Source: an uncultured Eubacteriales bacterium | Lineage (GTDB): Bacteria > Bacillota > Peptococcia > Peptococcales > SKKY01 | Reading direction: 5' to 3' | Assembly (NCBI GenBank): GCA_964642925.1 | Contig: CAZXPJ010000007.1 | Span: 10,664-74,663, forward strand | Length of the DNA: 64,000 nt | Shown here: positions 63,228 through 64,000 of the stretch, piece after piece | Layout: every line of letters begins with the position of its first letter | Numbering within the stretch: the stretch's first letter is position 1 | Position numbers and translations under genes: made by a program | Notes under the pieces: model-generated | Seen by the model: the letters and a program-made list of their open reading frames with translations, nothing else | Told to the model about the DNA's origin: nothing | Databases searched by the model: none

Positions 63228-64000
63228 TTACTCATCCTCTTCATTTTTTTCAAAAGCTTTTCTTGAAGAAGGGCTTAAGAAAGCTTTCATTTTTTCTGCT
63301 ACAATTCTTGGATTCTCTCCAGCCTGTATTGATAAAATCCCTTCAATTACTAATTGTTTGTTTAAAATTTCATCTGCACTTCTTAGTTTCAATTTACCTG
63401 CAATTGGTATAAAAAGCAAATTTGCTAAGAAAGAACCATATAAAGTTGTAATTAAAGCGGTAGCCATACCAGGGCCAATTGCATCAGGGTCAGATAAGTT
63501 ACCTAACATAAGTATAAGTCCAATTAAAGTACCAATCATACCAAAAGCTGGTGCTGATGCACCCATGCTATCAAATAATGAAGCCCCTGTACGATGTCTT
63601 TCTTCTAAGAAACTTAATTCTGTTTCTAAGATTTCTCTTACTAATTCAGCATCAGTACCATCTACAATAAGTTCTACACCCTTTTTCATAAAATCATCAT
63701 CAAGACTTTCAGCCTCTGATTCCAAAGCTAGGAGACCCTCTCTTCTTGCCTTTTCTGCGAACCTAACAATGTTGTCAATTACTTCTTTAGGTTCATCATG
63801 TTTACTTTGAGTAAAGGCAATTTTTACTATTTTCACAGATCCTATTACTTGGGATAAATTAAAATTAATTAGGGTAGCCGATATTGTTCCTCCAAATACT
63901 ATTAAAATTGAAGATAAACTAACAAATCCTCCTAATGAACCTTGTATCATTATGGAACCTAATATTAATCCTACTCCTAATATAACACCGGTTAAACTAC
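63228..64000 (-). CDS. motA: Stator A subunit (MotA/MotP family); start lies just beyond the window
   Basis: Frame stays open to the edge (..SLTGVILGVGLILGSIMIQG); ARREGLLALE, APAFGMIGTLIGL, ALITTLYG, GENP. Confidence 0.96.
   Translation of the reverse strand, partial: SLTGVILGVGLILGSIMIQGSLGGFVSLSSILIVFGGTISATLINFNLSQVIGSVKIVKIAFTQSKHDEPKEVIDNIVRFAEKARREGLLALESEAESLDDDFMKKGVELIVDGTDAELVREILETELSFLEERHRTGASLFDSMGASAPAFGMIGTLIGLILMLGNLSDPDAIGPGMATALITTLYGSFLANLLFIPIAGKLKLRSADEILNKQLVIEGILSIQAGENPRIVAEKMKAFLSPSSRKAFEKNEEDE

Overview
A low-GC, Clostridia-type (Bacillota) core-genome segment of 62 CDSs, all on the minus strand and nearly gap-free. In transcription order (high to low coordinates) it holds: (1) the distal half of a flagellar/chemotaxis operon (motA-motB-fliL-fliM-fliY-cheY-fliO-fliP-fliQ-fliR-flhB-flhA-flhF-flhG-cheB-cheW-cheC-cheD-fliA-DUF342-hypothetical); (2) rpsB-tsf-pyrH-frr-uppS-cdsA-dxr-rseP-ispG-proS-polC; (3) ilvE, nudF, an AGCS symporter and a lipoprotein; (4) yebC-ruvCAB-queA-tgt-yajC-secD-secF-recJ-rel-dtd-pduO-MBL hydrolase-hemZ-hisS-aspS-6S RNA-tcdA; (5) a CsoR-family repressor/thioredoxin unit, then ymfI-rarA-mnmA-alaS-ireB-ruvX-DUF1292-mltG-trmR-U32 peptidase. 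I saw no mobile element, CRISPR array, rRNA, tRNA or prophage. The best leads are departures from the usual core architecture: a PolC with no proofreading exonuclease insert but a complete PHP metal site; a self-contained CsoR-like/trxA module with a visible promoter, operator and double terminator; a che cluster cleanly lacking cheA; and a stator with a Na+-type signature. All assignments come from motif recognition by eye. No database searches were run, so novelty is unverified.
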